Assembly: GCA_963847445.1 (NCBI GenBank)
Contig: CAWJZV010000026.1
Span: 1-64,000, forward strand
DNA: 64,000 bases
Direction: 5' to 3'
Origin: an uncultured delta proteobacterium
GTDB taxonomy: Bacteria; Desulfobacterota; Binatia; UBA9968
Position numbers and translations under genes: made by a program. The notes below the pieces were generated by a model. The model was not told the DNA's origin. It was given only the letters and a program-made list of their open reading frames with translations, and made no database searches. Shown piece by piece: positions 42,668-53,938 of this stretch (position 1 is the first letter of the stretch; every line of letters starts with the position of its first letter).

Positions 42668-42724
42668 CGAAGTTTAGGGAAAAGTTATCCGAAACCTTCG
42701 TGCTCTTCGTGCCTTCGTGGTGAA
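42668..42724. repeat. Right half of the CACCACGAAG element
   Basis: TCCGAAACCTTCGTGCTCTTCGTGCCTTCGTGGTGAA. Confidence 0.75.
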
Positions 42725-42756
42725 GAAATCTTTGCTACCCTAACGAGAACGCCACC

Positions 42757-43440
42757 ATGCCAGGACAATTAAACATTCTCAGCGCCGGCGCGGTTTCGCC
42801 CGGTCTGGTGCGGGTCGTCGACGCTTTCCGCAGTGAAACCGGCCACGATGTTGCAATTACATTCGCGACCGCGCCGGAACTGCGCAAGCGGTTGGCGAGC
42901 GGCGAATCGGCAGATATCGTGATCGCGCCGCCGGAGTTGCTCGACGAACTGACCAAGTCAGGGAGAGCCGCTGCCGAGCGCGTCATGGTGGGCCGCATCG
43001 GCGTCGGCGTCATGGTGCGCCGCGATGCACCGGTGCCGCGGATCGCCACTGTCGAGGAACTCAAACAATCGCTGTTGAACAGCGAATCGATCGTTTTCAA
43101 CCAAGCGTCCACGGGACTCTACATCGACAACTTGTTCAAGCGCCTTGGCATTGCCGCGCAAACCGAGGCCAAGATCGCACGTTACGCCGATTTTGCCGCC
43201 GTGCGCGATCATGTCAGCAAGGGCCAGAGCAACGCAATCGGCTTCGGCGCGACCACGGTGATCGTCGAGAGCGCTGACAAAGGCGTAAAATTCGTCGGGC
43301 CGCTGCCTGCGGAAATCCAAAATTACACTGCCTACGCCGCGGTTCGAACCCCAGACTCCGGCAACGACGCGGCGGCATTCACGGACTACCTGGCGACGCC
43401 CGCAGCGAAGTCGATACTGAGATCGGCTGGGATCGAATGA
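42757..43440 (+). CDS. ModA-like substrate-binding protein; no signal peptide evident
   Basis: 'ILSAGAV', 'SGESADIVI', 'VGPLPAEIQNYTAY'. Confidence 0.82.
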   Translation: MPGQLNILSAGAVSPGLVRVVDAFRSETGHDVAITFATAPELRKRLASGESADIVIAPPELLDELTKSGRAAAERVMVGRIGVGVMVRRDAPVPRIATVEELKQSLLNSESIVFNQASTGLYIDNLFKRLGIAAQTEAKIARYADFAAVRDHVSKGQSNAIGFGATTVIVESADKGVKFVGPLPAEIQNYTAYAAVRTPDSGNDAAAFTDYLATPAAKSILRSAGIE

Positions 43441-43476
43441 GCGGCAAGCCGTAAAAGAACTATGAGGGGGGATTTC

Positions 43477-44520
43477 ATGAAAACAATTCTAATCCTCGGT
43501 TCGATTCTGCATTTTCTCGCGCTGCCGCCGATCGCCGCGCCGGCAGACTCACAGGACTTCTATCGAGGCAAGTCGGTCAGAATCATCGTCGGCAACTCGG
43601 TCGGCGGCGGCTATGGACGACTGGGCGCGCTTTATCGCGCTCTATTTGGGCAAACATATTCCGGGCACTCCGACTGTCGTCGTGCAAAACATGCCGGGCG
43701 CCGGCACGATCATCGCGGCCAATCATGTTTACAACATCGCCAAGCCTGACGGCTTGACTCTCGGTCTGGTCAATCCGGCCATCTATATCGATCAGCTCCT
43801 ACGCGCGACGGAAGTAAAGTTCGACTGGCCGAAGTTTTCCTTTATCGGCTCACCGGAAAAGTATCGATCAGGTCTTATTCATTCGGGCGGACGGCCCCTA
43901 CAAAACATTGGAAGATATTCGCAAGGCGGCCGAGCCGCCCAGGTGCGCGACTCAAGCGCGAACCACTCTTAGTTATTTTTTTCCAAAACTAATTGAGGAA
44001 GGGCTCGGGCTCAAGGTTAATATTGTCGCGGGCTACGGTGGCGGTGGTGAAATGAATCTGGCGATCGAGAAAGGCGAAGCCCATTGCCGCTCCGGAACCG
44101 TATCGGCTTATGTCGGCCGTGAACCGACCCGCACTTGGATCAAGTCCGGATTCGTCCGGGCTTTGGTTCAAAGCGGCGCGACTCGCTACCCAAAGTTACC
44201 CGAGACCCCAACCATCTATGAGTTATTGGAATCCTACAAAGCATCCGATACCACCAAGCGTGTAACGAAAGTGATGCTCTCCTCCGGCTGATCTCGGTCG
44301 GCCATTCTTCGCTCCGCCAGGGACACCCGCGGAACGAGTCAACGTTTTGCGTTCCTCATTCGCCAAAGCGATGACCGATCCCGACCTGCTCGCCGATGCC
44401 AAGAAACGCAACTGGGACATCGATCTTACGACCGGCGATGAACTCGAAAAACTCGCCAAAGAAATTATGGTCCAGCCCCCGGAGGTCATCGAGCGGGTGA
44501 AGAAGCTGTTGGGGAACTAG
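43477..44520 (+). CDS. Bug/TctC family tripartite tricarboxylate transporter receptor, frameshifted
   Basis: 'DFYRGKSVRIIVG', 'VQNMPGAG', 'KPDGLT', 'APPGTPAERVNVLR'. Confidence 0.87.
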
Positions 44521-44531
44521 CACCAAGGATA

Positions 44532-44987
44532 ATGACAAATTCCGAACTCTCCTTGCGCTTGGCGCGAGCCAGCGACGCCGCGGCCATCGCCAACCTGTCG
44601 CGCGAACTGATCGAGTACGGCCTGCGCTGGCGCTGGACCGAGCAACGGGTCGCCGCGAGCATTAGCGCCGACAACACCAACGTGCTCGTCGCTCGCCTCG
44701 ACAATCGTCTGATCGGTTTTGGCATCATGAGCTACGGCGTTCACGTCGCTCATTTAAATCTCTTTGCCGTGGCGCCGGAGTATCAACGGACGGGAGTCGG
44801 CCGCCAACTGCTGCAGTGGCTGGAAAAATGCGCTGCCGTAGCGGGGATAGTCACGATCGCTCTTGAAGTTCGTGCCGCGAACACCGGCGCACAACGGTTC
44901 TACGAAAGCATGGGTTACCGCACTCTCGTCCAACTGCCCGGCTACTATCAGGGCGTCGAAGCCGCCCTGCGCATGGGCCGGCGCTAA
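44532..44987 (+). CDS. GNAT N-acetyltransferase (RimI-like)
   Basis: 'LFAVAPEYQRTGVGRQLL', 'LEVRAANTGAQRFYESMGY', 'PGYY'. Confidence 0.88.
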   Translation: MTNSELSLRLARASDAAAIANLSRELIEYGLRWRWTEQRVAASISADNTNVLVARLDNRLIGFGIMSYGVHVAHLNLFAVAPEYQRTGVGRQLLQWLEKCAAVAGIVTIALEVRAANTGAQRFYESMGYRTLVQLPGYYQGVEAALRMGRR

Positions 44988-45107
44988 CGGCTAAGAGAAC
45001 CTAGCGTCAACAGCTCGTTTGCCAATTGCAAGCTTTGCGTTTCCCACTGTTATCGAGACATCGTCCCTTTCCGGCTTTACTCGTGCCTCTCGCCTCAAGC
45101 CTCGCGC

Positions 45108-46124
45108 CTACTTCTTTCCCCAAATCTGCTCAAAAAAGCCGCTCTTCTCCATCTCGTCGAGGTAGCGCGTGTCCATCATCTCTTGCGGCTTGACCGACTT
45201 CGCGCGCGGCTCGGTGGGAGCGATTTCGTCGAGCGTCGACTGAAAACCTTCGGGCTTCATCGCCAGTCGCGGCTCCAACGCTTTGATCTCGACGTTATAG
45301 CTCGCCTCCAGCAGCTTGCGGTCGTCCACCCGCAGATATTTTTCCATGACCTTGTAGGTGAATTCTTTATCCGCGTGCATGATCTTCGCCGCTTCGGCCA
45401 TGGCGCGCATGAAGCGGCCGATCACCGGACCGCGTTTGGCGACGATCGAACGGCGCGTGACAAACGTCGTCGCCGCGTAGGCGATCTTCAAGTCGGGACC
45501 GTAGACCACGTAGTGATAGCCCATGCTTGAGCGCCTGGGCATCGGTGGGAACCGTCAACACCGCCGCATCGATGCCTTGCGCCACCAACGCCGCCAGGGT
45601 CTCCGGCGCGCCGCCGGCCTGAATGAAACTGACTTCGCGCGAATCGATGTTGTAATGGCGCAGCGCCTGCACCGCAAAATAATGCGGGTTGCTGCCGATG
45701 CGCGACACGCCGATGCGTTTGCCCTTCAATTGCTCCGGACGTCTTGATGTCGGGCTTGGCGATGATGCTGTGGGTCAGCAGGCTCTTGATGCCGCCGACA
45801 AAAACCGGATCCTTGTTGCCCTGCACCCAAGGGCCGGGTAATGCTCGCCGCGCCGATCACCGCCACCTCGCTATCGCCGGAAAGAATCGCCGCCACCGAT
45901 GGCGCCCCCGGCGTGACAAACACCATCGGCACTTCCAGGTCGTATTTCTTTAAGAGCCCAGCCTCCTGGGCGATCCAAGGATAGGCCTGCGACATCACCC
46001 GCGCCGTGTAGATCATGTTGACCCGGTCTGCCGCATACACAGCCCCGGCGGCCAGACATCGACACGACAAGTATTACCAGACCCATGCCGCGAACCAGTC
46101 GCGCTAACCATGGCAATTCATCAT
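45108..46124 (-). CDS. ABC substrate-binding protein (SsuA/NMT1-like), frameshifted
   Basis: 'WIAQEAGLLKKYDL', 'KGKRIGVSRIGS', 'MDTRYLDEMEKSGFF'. Confidence 0.85.
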
Positions 46125-46308
46125 CGGCCCTCCTTGCTTGACTGGACAACAATTTGCTGCTGTCGTTCTTACAACAGATGGCCGGTAGAAACCAAATCAA
46201 TTTTTCGCGAATTGCTCACGCCTCAAGCCTCGCGCCCTTTTGATACTTTGACAAACCCAGCGCAACTGTAGCAACATCATCCTCAGCCAGACCAAGGAGG
46301 CTAAATCC

Positions 46309-47423
46309 ATGAGCACCCATACCGTTTCCACGCCGACCCATGAACGTTGCGTCACATCCTACGCCGCGCGCACGCAGTACAAGCCCGGCGTTGTCCATCC
46401 ACCGCATATCAAAGTCAAAGACGCCATCGACATCCATTGCCACGCCCATGAAGGCCAGCAAGATCCCTACGACCTGGCGCGGCGCGCGTCCTTGGCGGAG
46501 ATGAAAGGTTTGCTGTTCAAAAGCATTCCCGGCGACGATCCGGTGCAAGGCGACGCAAGCCGTCCAGGACGACGTCAATCGTTGGGCGGAAAAACAAGAA
46601 GGCGTCAAACCGATCAGCTGCTGGTCGGCCTACGTCTGCGGCCGGCAAATGGCGCCGGTGACGGCAAAGATCGTCAGCGAGATGATCGACCGCGGCGTCA
46701 GCGCCATCTGGCTGCCGGTGTTCACCCATGCGATCACCATGAGCACCGTCGGCACCTACGGCCGCTTCGTCCGCGGCCGCGAAAACGCCGGCTGGGTCGG
46801 CCCCATCGGTTGGGACGAAGCGATGAAAATCGGCCACTACGATCTCGACGCCGAACGGCAAACTGAAACCGGAGATCCGCGACATCGTCCATCTCTGCGC
46901 CGACCGCAACGTCGCGCTGTTCTTCGGCCACGCCACCCACGCCGAGATCTACAAACTCGCCGAGGAAGTAGAGAAAGCCGGCTTGAAACGCGCCGTCATC
47001 GACCACCCCTTCAGCCCGTTCTTGAACGTCTCGCCGGACATGATGAAAGAAATCCGCGGCAGCGGCGTACTGTTCAACTTCACCTGGGACGAACTCTCGC
47101 CGCTCTTGGGCGTCGACCCGCAGATCATGTACAACACCATTCGCGAAGTCGGCGTCGAACATTTCACGCTTTCCAGCGATGCCGGCGAACCTTTGTTCCC
47201 CGACTCCGTCGAAGCCATGCGCCTGGTGCGCGGCTACATGGAAGCGTTTGGTTTGAATCAGGACGAGCTTTATACCGTGTGCACGAAGAATCCGGCGAAG
47301 GTGGTGGGGCTGGCAGTTGCACTGATCGACAGACTGAAGCGGTCGAGAAGATTCAATGATCAGAGAGTGATCAAGAGTTGGTGCCGTGAAGAAAACATTG
47401 AACCTTTGAACCTGGCACCTTGA
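46309..47423 (+). CDS. DUF6282-like metal-dependent TIM-barrel hydrolase, frameshifted; true 3' end may be near 47325
   Basis: 'AIDIHCHAH', 'FFGHATH', 'VIDHPF', 'LSSDAGE', 'KNPAKVVGL'; AAGGAGG RBS. Confidence 0.78.
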
Positions 47424-47436
47424 ACGTCAGCGAGTC

Positions 47437-48452
47437 TTATTTCAACCCCAACTTATCAAACGTCCCGTCCTTCTCCATCTCGTCGAGAAAACGGCGATCG
47501 ATCAACTGCTCGGCTTTCACTTGTTTTGCCCGCGGGTCGGTGCGGGCGATCTCGTCCAGGTTGGCTTGAATGGCGCTGGCCTTGATATCCAGCCGCGGCT
47601 CCAGGACTTTCAACTCGGCCGTGTAGGCCGCGTCGAAGACTTTGCGGTCGGTCAGGCCAATTTTCCTGCTGATCACTCTAAACGCCAGTTCGCGGTCGCT
47701 GATCATGATCTTCAGCGATTCGGCCATCACATGCATGAATTGACTGACAGCTTTCGGTCGCTTGGCGATTACCGAACGTAAAGTGACAAACCCCGTCGCC
47801 ACGTACGCCGGCTTTATCTCGCGGCCGTCGATGACGTAGTTGAAACCCTGAAACGCGGCGCGGGTGTCCTGCGGCGTCGTCAGCGACGCGGCGTCCACCG
47901 CGCCCGTGCTCAAAGCGAGAAAGGTTTCCGGCGCGCCGCCGGTTTGGATCAAGTTGGCATCCTTGAGCGGATCGAGGCCCTTCTGGCGCATGCCATACAT
48001 GCGTGAAGTAATGCGAGTTGCCGCCGATGCGGCCAACACCGATCCGTTTCCCTTTTAAGTCTTCCGGCCGCTTGATCTCGGGCTTACCCATAAGACTATG
48101 GGTCAATACGTTCTTCACCGAGCCGATAAAAACGAAATCTGTATTGCCGCTGATATAGGCGCGAATCGGCCCCTCGCCGCCAACGATGGCGACGTTACCG
48201 CTGCCGCCGCTCATGGCGGCGGTAACGATTCCAGAAGAAGCGATGTAGACCAGCTGAAAGTCGAGATCGTACTTCGGATAGAGCCGCGCCTCCTCGGCGA
48301 ACCAAGGCAGCGCCATCGCCACGCTCGGCGCCGACTGCAGACCGACGAGCCGTTCGGCGGCGAAAGCTGGCGAACCGGACGCAGAGCAGACCTTGGCCAA
48401 GCACAAGCGATAGCACCAGGGCTTTGGCGAGTCGATAACTAGGAGTAAGCAT
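47437..48452 (-). CDS. ABC substrate-binding protein (SsuA/NMT1-like), frameshifted; paralogue of 45108..46124
   Basis: 'EDLKGKRIGVGRIGGNSHYF', 'QTGGAPET', 'ELKVLEPRL', 'LIDRRFLDEMEK'. Confidence 0.85.
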
Positions 48453-48518
48453 ACCACCCTCCAGACAAACCGGGATCTGCTTGCGTACTTACTACGGGGT
48501 CGTCATAATGCACAAGCA

Positions 48519-49674
48519 TCAGCCTGGTTTACCATCGAGCCTCGGTTGCAAGAGTATCGGCACATAGACAACGATGAAGATCGCATAGCCAACGAGCCAT
48601 AGCCCTCCGCTCAAAATCACCAACTGGGAAAACCAATGCGGATGTAAAATCGGCAGCAAACCACGAGTCACGGCAGCAAGATTTACCGCGGCGAACGCAC
48701 TTGCCATCCCAGGTCCGACCTTTAGGGGCCTGCCCGTATGCCCTAAAGAAACCCGCGCCATCATGCCCATGGTCAACACGCCAATGGCGCCCAGCGAAAA
48801 CGCGTGAAGAGTAAACTGCGGTGGGATAACTGCCAACCCCGACCCAGCCTTCAAGATGAATCCCACGACAATCCAGCTATAACCGAGATGAAGCACCCAA
48901 AGTAACGGGACACGCCAAAGCCGGTGCGTATACCAACCGCCGAGCCGAATCCCGTTGGCGATCGCTGCGACTCCGGCAAACACGCCGGCGATGCGCGGAT
49001 CGATGAAAAGAAATTCGGCAAGCGTAAAGGCTATCACGCTGATTATCGTGAACCACTCAATTACGCTCCAGCGTTTGATCCGAACTCCCTGAAGCGCACC
49101 CTCGGTGAAGAAAGGAATGACCCGCCCGCCCATGATCACGATCAACAAAACGACTAAATCGAGGCCGAGGAGGACTGCTTGATGCGCAAGATGCGGTGCG
49201 AAGCCGAGGAGCGCCAAATGCACGAGAAGATTTGCCAACCAGAAAACCGCAATTAGCGGGAGAAAAAGCAAGTTTCGCCGATCTCCGCGCCGCACCAGTG
49301 GCACGCCGATTCCAACAGCAAGGGCCGGCAAAAAGCTAAGATCGACCAGAGCGATCATTTCAGCGGACAAGGCTGAAGGAAAAAATGGCAGGATGCGGGC
49401 GAGACACCAGATAAGCGTCAGAGCAACTAGAGCTCCACCCTTGAGCCGTAGCCATCTCGGTCCAATTGCGCACGGCGGTAAGCAGAAAGCCGGCAATCAC
49501 TGCAGCGGTATAGCCGAAGATCATTTCGTGGCTATGCCAACCGATCTGACCGTAATATGAATTCAGGGGAAGCCAGCCAACAAACGTCGGCACCCATAGC
49601 GCGATCGAAAGTATCGCAAACAGACCGCTGAGCAGAAAAAACGGTCGAAAGCCAAGGGCAAATAGAACTGGCAT
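48519..49674 (-). CDS. nnrS: NnrS family membrane protein, frameshift near 49450
   Basis: 'LFALGFRPFFL', 'WHSHEMIFGY..AVIAGFLLTAVRNWT', 'GGRVIPFFT', 'PLLWVLHLGY', 'MMARVSLGHTGRPL'. Confidence 0.92.
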
Positions 49675-49770
49675 AGAACGAACGCAATCCTAGACGCCTT
49701 TAGAATTCGCCCTTTCGCGACCGCCGCGCACGCCGTTGGAAACAACCGCCAACGATCCCATCATATAAAC

Positions 49771-50758
49771 CTATTTCTTGTAAAGCTGCTTGATAAATCC
49801 CGACGACTCCATCTCCTGGACAAAACTCGCATCGACGAAAGCTCTTCGGATCGGCGGCCGCGGCCTTGGGATTTTTCGGCGCCATGTCGTCGAGCAATGT
49901 CTTGATGCCGGCGGGATCGGCGTACGGAACATCGAGGAGAACCGACGTGTAGTTTTTGTAGGTTCGTTCCAATCCTTCCGGGTCGGTGAGCCGGGTGTAC
50001 TTGCCGATGATCGCCTTGGTGCCTTCCTTGTCGGCTTTGACCAAATGCAGGGCCTCGGTCATCGCCCGAGCGAAGCGGCTCACCATCGGCCGCCGCGATT
50101 TGATGGTCGTCTCGCGGGTAACGACGCCGTTGCCATGCAGTGGAATTTTTAAAGTCGCCATGTTGACCAGATCGCGGAAGCCCAAGCGCTCGGCCTCTTT
50201 GATAAACGGCTCGTTCATGATCGTGAACTGAGTCAATCCTTTTGAAATCGAGGCGAGCCGTTCGGGATTGCCGCCGGCGGGAACGATCTTTACGTCCCTA
50301 TCCGGATCGATGCCCAAACGTCTGAGCGACAGCTTCAGGCCCATGTCGGAGATGCTGCCGGCGCGATTGACCGAACCGGTTTTGCCGCGCAGCTGCTCGA
50401 CCGTCGTGATGTTGGCGGCGCTGATGATGTGATCGATGAAGGTCGGGATGATCGATAGAATCATGACGAAATCGGCGCCGCCTAGGCGCGGATTGACGAC
50501 ATTGGGCGCGGAAGTAATGACGATGTCGAGATCGCCCGCCACCAGCGCCTGCATCGCCGGCGGCCCGGCGCCGAAGAAGATCGGCTCTGCGACTAATCCC
50601 TGCTTGGCGAACAAGCCGCGCTCCTGCGCCACCCACAACGGCGTATGCGACGCCGTCATCGCCGCCCAGCCGACGCGCACGCGCTCCTGGGCCGCGCTGA
50701 GCTGAAAGTTTAGAAGCAAAACTATGAGTGTCAGTAACGTTCTAAGATAGGTCAGCAC
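49771..50758 (-). CDS. ABC substrate-binding protein (SsuA/NMT1-like), C-terminal frameshift
   Basis: 'PLWVAQERGLFAKQGL', 'QALVAGDLD', 'NPKAAAADPKSF'; rebuilt end LYKK*. Confidence 0.87.
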
Positions 50759-50811
50759 GAAGCACCTCGTGAGTTAGAAATTATTCCGTCGAAACGTAGA
50801 GAGAATCGGAC

Positions 50812-50951
50812 GGGCAACCACACAGGGTTGCTCCTACAATTGCCATTCCATTTTGCGCCCTTTGCGTGGCTCAGTTCCTTCGCATTCGCTCAGGACAGCT
50901 TTGCGGCCAATCACCCGATTCCGCACTGGGCCGGTCGCGACCGGCCCCTAC
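50812..50951. repeat. Cluster of two GTAG-REP variants and a CTTTGCG arm interrupted by a CTTCG..TCGCTCAGGACA element
   Basis: GGGCAACCACACAGGGTTGCTCCTACA; TTTGCGCCCTTTGCG[..CCTTCGCATTCGCTCAGGACAG]CTTTGCG; GGGCCGGTCGCGACCGGCCCCTAC. Confidence 0.72.
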
Positions 50952-51009
50952 TTTCTGATCTATATGCCCTTTGTGGGTTAAATTTCTTTTCCCCTTTGGC
51001 AAAGATTAC

Positions 51010-52023
51010 TTACTGGAACCGAGCTTCTGAAAGAATCCCGCCTTCTCCAACGCCTCGACAAACGAGTTGTCGTAGAAATCGTTGCGGGTTAGCTTTTGCC
51101 GCCGCCGGATATTCTGTCTCGTCGAGATAGCCGAACCAAGTCGAGAGCTGCTCCGGACGCAGCGCCAGATGGGTCACGAAATAAGGCGCGTAGAAATCAT
51201 AGGTGTCGTCGATCGCCTTGGCGTCTTCGGTCTGGGTGAACTTGGCGATGGCCCGCTTGGCCGCTGCCGGATCGTTCTTGGTCCGCGCCACGCCTTCGGC
51301 GATGCCTTTCAGGAACGCCGAGATGGTGTTGGGGTTTTGTTTGATGAACTTGTTCGGTGAAGCCATACGCCAGGGGCAGAGCCGGGAATGTTCGCCTTGG
51401 CGATGTCGACCAGCATGGTCAAGCCGGCGTCTTTGGCCTTCAACGTCGTCGGCGCCGATAGCGCACCAGCCTGCCGCCTTGCCGCTGACAATCGCCGTCA
51501 ACACCGCCGGCACGCTCTGCATGTAGATCAACTTGTAGTCGCTGTTGAAACTCAACCCCTGGCGCTTGAGCGCTTCGCGGGTAGCGATCTCCAGCACCGA
51601 ACGAGGCGTCGTGCCGGCGAGGGTTTTCCCCTTCAACTGCTGGACGTTGGTGATTTCCTTGGCTGTCCAGAGCTGAAAGACCAGTTGCGACATGGAGCTG
51701 CCAACCAGTTTGATCTTCGCTCCCTGCAACGAAGCGTTGACGAGATCGCCCGCCGCCACCGACATATCGGCGGATCCTGAGACGACGGACTGCACCGAGA
51801 GCTGCGGGTTGAGCTGTTGCAGTTTGACGTTGAGACCGTATTTCTTGAACAGTCCGGCGTCGCTGGCGACGAACAGCGGCGTAAAGACACCGCTCGGCTG
51901 CGGGTAGGCGACGACGATTTCTGGCTTTTCTAAGGCGCCGACTGCATCGCTGGCGGAATAAGCCGGACTGGCCGTTAGAAACGCAACGATATGCAGAAGC
52001 ATCGAGCGCCGCCAAAGCTTCAT
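51010..52023 (-). CDS. ABC substrate-binding protein (SsuA/NMT1-like), frameshifted
   Basis: 'PLFVASDAGLFKKYGL', 'QLKGKTLA', 'FLKGIAEG'. Confidence 0.85.
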   Translation of the reverse strand: MKLWRRSMLLHIVAFLTASPAYSASDAVGALEKPEIVVAYPQPSGVFTPLFVASDAGLFKKYGLNVKLQQLNPQLSVQSVVSGSADMSVAAGDLVNASLQGAKIKLVGSSMSQLVFQLWTAKEITNVQQLKGKTLAGTTPRSVLEIATREALKRQGLSFNSDYKLIYMQSVPAVLTAIVSGKAAGWCAIGADDVEGQRRRLDHAGRHRQGEHSRLCPWRMASPNKFIKQNPNTISAFLKGIAEGVARTKNDPAAAKRAIAKFTQTEDAKAIDDTYDFYAPYFVTHLALRPEQLSTWFGYLDETEYPAAAKANPQRFLRQLVCRGVGEGGILSEARFQ

Positions 52024-52099
52024 GATGACACCTCCACTTTGCAATGGATTTTCCCTACCCAGCACGCCACAACTCCACTACTCCATCACTCCAAATCTT

Positions 52100-52636
52100 C
52101 TACTTGGTAATCGCGTAGCAGTAAGAATCGCGAGGTTCCGGGCTCAGGTTCGGATGCACCGACCAGCGCTTGAGAATTCCTTCGCGCTGCATGCCGGCCT
52201 TTTCCATCACCCGCGCCGAAGCCTTGTTATCGATGTCGCACACCGCCCAGACGCGGAAGATTTCTTTCTGCTTGAGCGCCCAGTCGATCAGCGCTTTGAC
52301 GGCTTCAGTCATGTAACCGCGCCCCCAATAGGCGCGCGCCAAGACAAAACCCAACTCCCACTTTTCCGCGTTGACTCTGGCGATCATCATGCCGATGACC
52401 TGTTTGCTTTCTTGAGTCTCGATCGCCCAATGAAACGCTTTGCCGATGTCCCACGCCATCGCACACATGTGCATGTACTCGCGCGTCTCCTCAACATTGA
52501 GATGGGCGCGCCAGCTGACGTATTTAATCACTTCAGGATCTCTCGCGTACTGGCGAAAAATCGCCTCGGCATCCGACAGTTTGGCTTTTCTTAGTCGCAA
52601 GCGTTCGGTTTTCAGTATCTTGGGTGGGTATGTCAC
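52100..52636 (-). CDS. GNAT N-acetyltransferase (RimJ/RimL-like)
   Basis: 'LKTERLRLR', 'YWGRGYMTEAV', 'NKASARVMEKAGMQREG'. Confidence 0.9.
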   Translation of the reverse strand: MTYPPKILKTERLRLRKAKLSDAEAIFRQYARDPEVIKYVSWRAHLNVEETREYMHMCAMAWDIGKAFHWAIETQESKQVIGMMIARVNAEKWELGFVLARAYWGRGYMTEAVKALIDWALKQKEIFRVWAVCDIDNKASARVMEKAGMQREGILKRWSVHPNLSPEPRDSYCYAITK

Positions 52637-52775
52637 TCTTAGGAAGGTCCAGAACCGATGATTTTCAACTTTAGGGTCACATGGAAAAATATTCAAGAGC
52701 GCTGAAGGCATGAGGCGCGAGGCGGACAGGCGTGACTGGGATTTTCCAGACTCAGATTCTCGCCTCGCGTCCATT

Positions 52776-53852
52776 TCACTGCGGCGCGATGATCTGCTTC
52801 AATTTGGCAAGCAAGGCCGGCGGCGTCTTGAGCACGCCCAAGACGGTCTTTTCCAGCTCCTCGCCGGCGAGCGGTGCGATGTCGAGGTTGGCCCGTTCGG
52901 CGTCGGCCAGAAAGCCAGGATCGCTCATGGTTGCGGTGAAGGCTTTGCGAAAAATCTGCACCCGATCTTTCGGCGTGCCCGGCGCCATGACGAAGGGCCT
53001 GGCGATGGACGCGAGATCATGGGCGCCGACTTGCAAGAGCTGGCGCGCTTCGTCGTTCTTGGCGTAGCTCACGGCCAGAGGCACCTTGAGCAACTCCGGG
53101 TGGGGCTTCGCCAGGGCTTGGAGGATGATGACGAACTCACCGCTTTCGATTTGTTTCTTCCACAGCGAGCGAAAGCTTTCCCAGCCGGTGCACAGCCCGG
53201 TCAGCTCGCCGCGCTCAATCGCCAGACGCATGTCGCCGGTGCTTTTGTAACCCAACACCAACTGCGCCGGCGCACCGATGGTCGCGGCGAGCAGCCTCGT
53301 CGTGTCATGACCGCCGGTGCCGGGCGCCGTACCGCCCAAACGGGGCGGCGTCTTGGCCGCCAGCCATTTGTCCACGCTATCGATACCCCCGGCCTTGGGA
53401 AAGCCGCAAACGATCTCGACCTTGGCCACTGCGCCGACATACTCAAACCGCGCCGCGTCGAAGCTAATCTCTTTCTGCCCCATGGCTTGAAGCGGAAATA
53501 GCGAGCCGCTGAAGTGGCCGAGGGTCAAGCCGTCCGCTTTGGCGATCCGATACAGATGATTGGCGGATGCCAGACTGCCGGCCCCCGGCATGTTGTCGAC
53601 GACGAACGCCGGGTTGCCGGGGACATGCTTGCCCATGTAACGCGCCACCGCGCGGGCATAGAAATCATAGCCGCCGCCCGGCGCGTAGCCGACCACCAAG
53701 CGCACGGTCTTGCCGCGGTAGAATTCATGATTGCCGGCGCTGCCATTGCCGACCATGAACAGCCAGGTAATGAGAACGAAAAAACAGACCGCAACGCGAT
53801 GCTTCACAAGAGCCGACCTCCGACCGAAAAAGTAGTCGTGAATTTGTAACAC
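52776..53852 (-). CDS. Bug/TctC family tripartite tricarboxylate transporter receptor
   Basis: 'FYRGKTVRLVVGYAPGGGYD', 'NMPGAG', 'APGTPKDRVQIFRKAF'. Confidence 0.9.
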   Translation of the reverse strand: MLQIHDYFFGRRSALVKHRVAVCFFVLITWLFMVGNGSAGNHEFYRGKTVRLVVGYAPGGGYDFYARAVARYMGKHVPGNPAFVVDNMPGAGSLASANHLYRIAKADGLTLGHFSGSLFPLQAMGQKEISFDAARFEYVGAVAKVEIVCGFPKAGGIDSVDKWLAAKTPPRLGGTAPGTGGHDTTRLLAATIGAPAQLVLGYKSTGDMRLAIERGELTGLCTGWESFRSLWKKQIESGEFVIILQALAKPHPELLKVPLAVSYAKNDEARQLLQVGAHDLASIARPFVMAPGTPKDRVQIFRKAFTATMSDPGFLADAERANLDIAPLAGEELEKTVLGVLKTPPALLAKLKQIIAPQ

Positions 53853-53938
53853 AAACTAGTGTTTACTCAACGCCGCCCGCGCCTGCTGGAGTGGTAGCTC
53901 CAGCGGAATCATGCGCGAGGATTTCCGCGAAGAGATCT

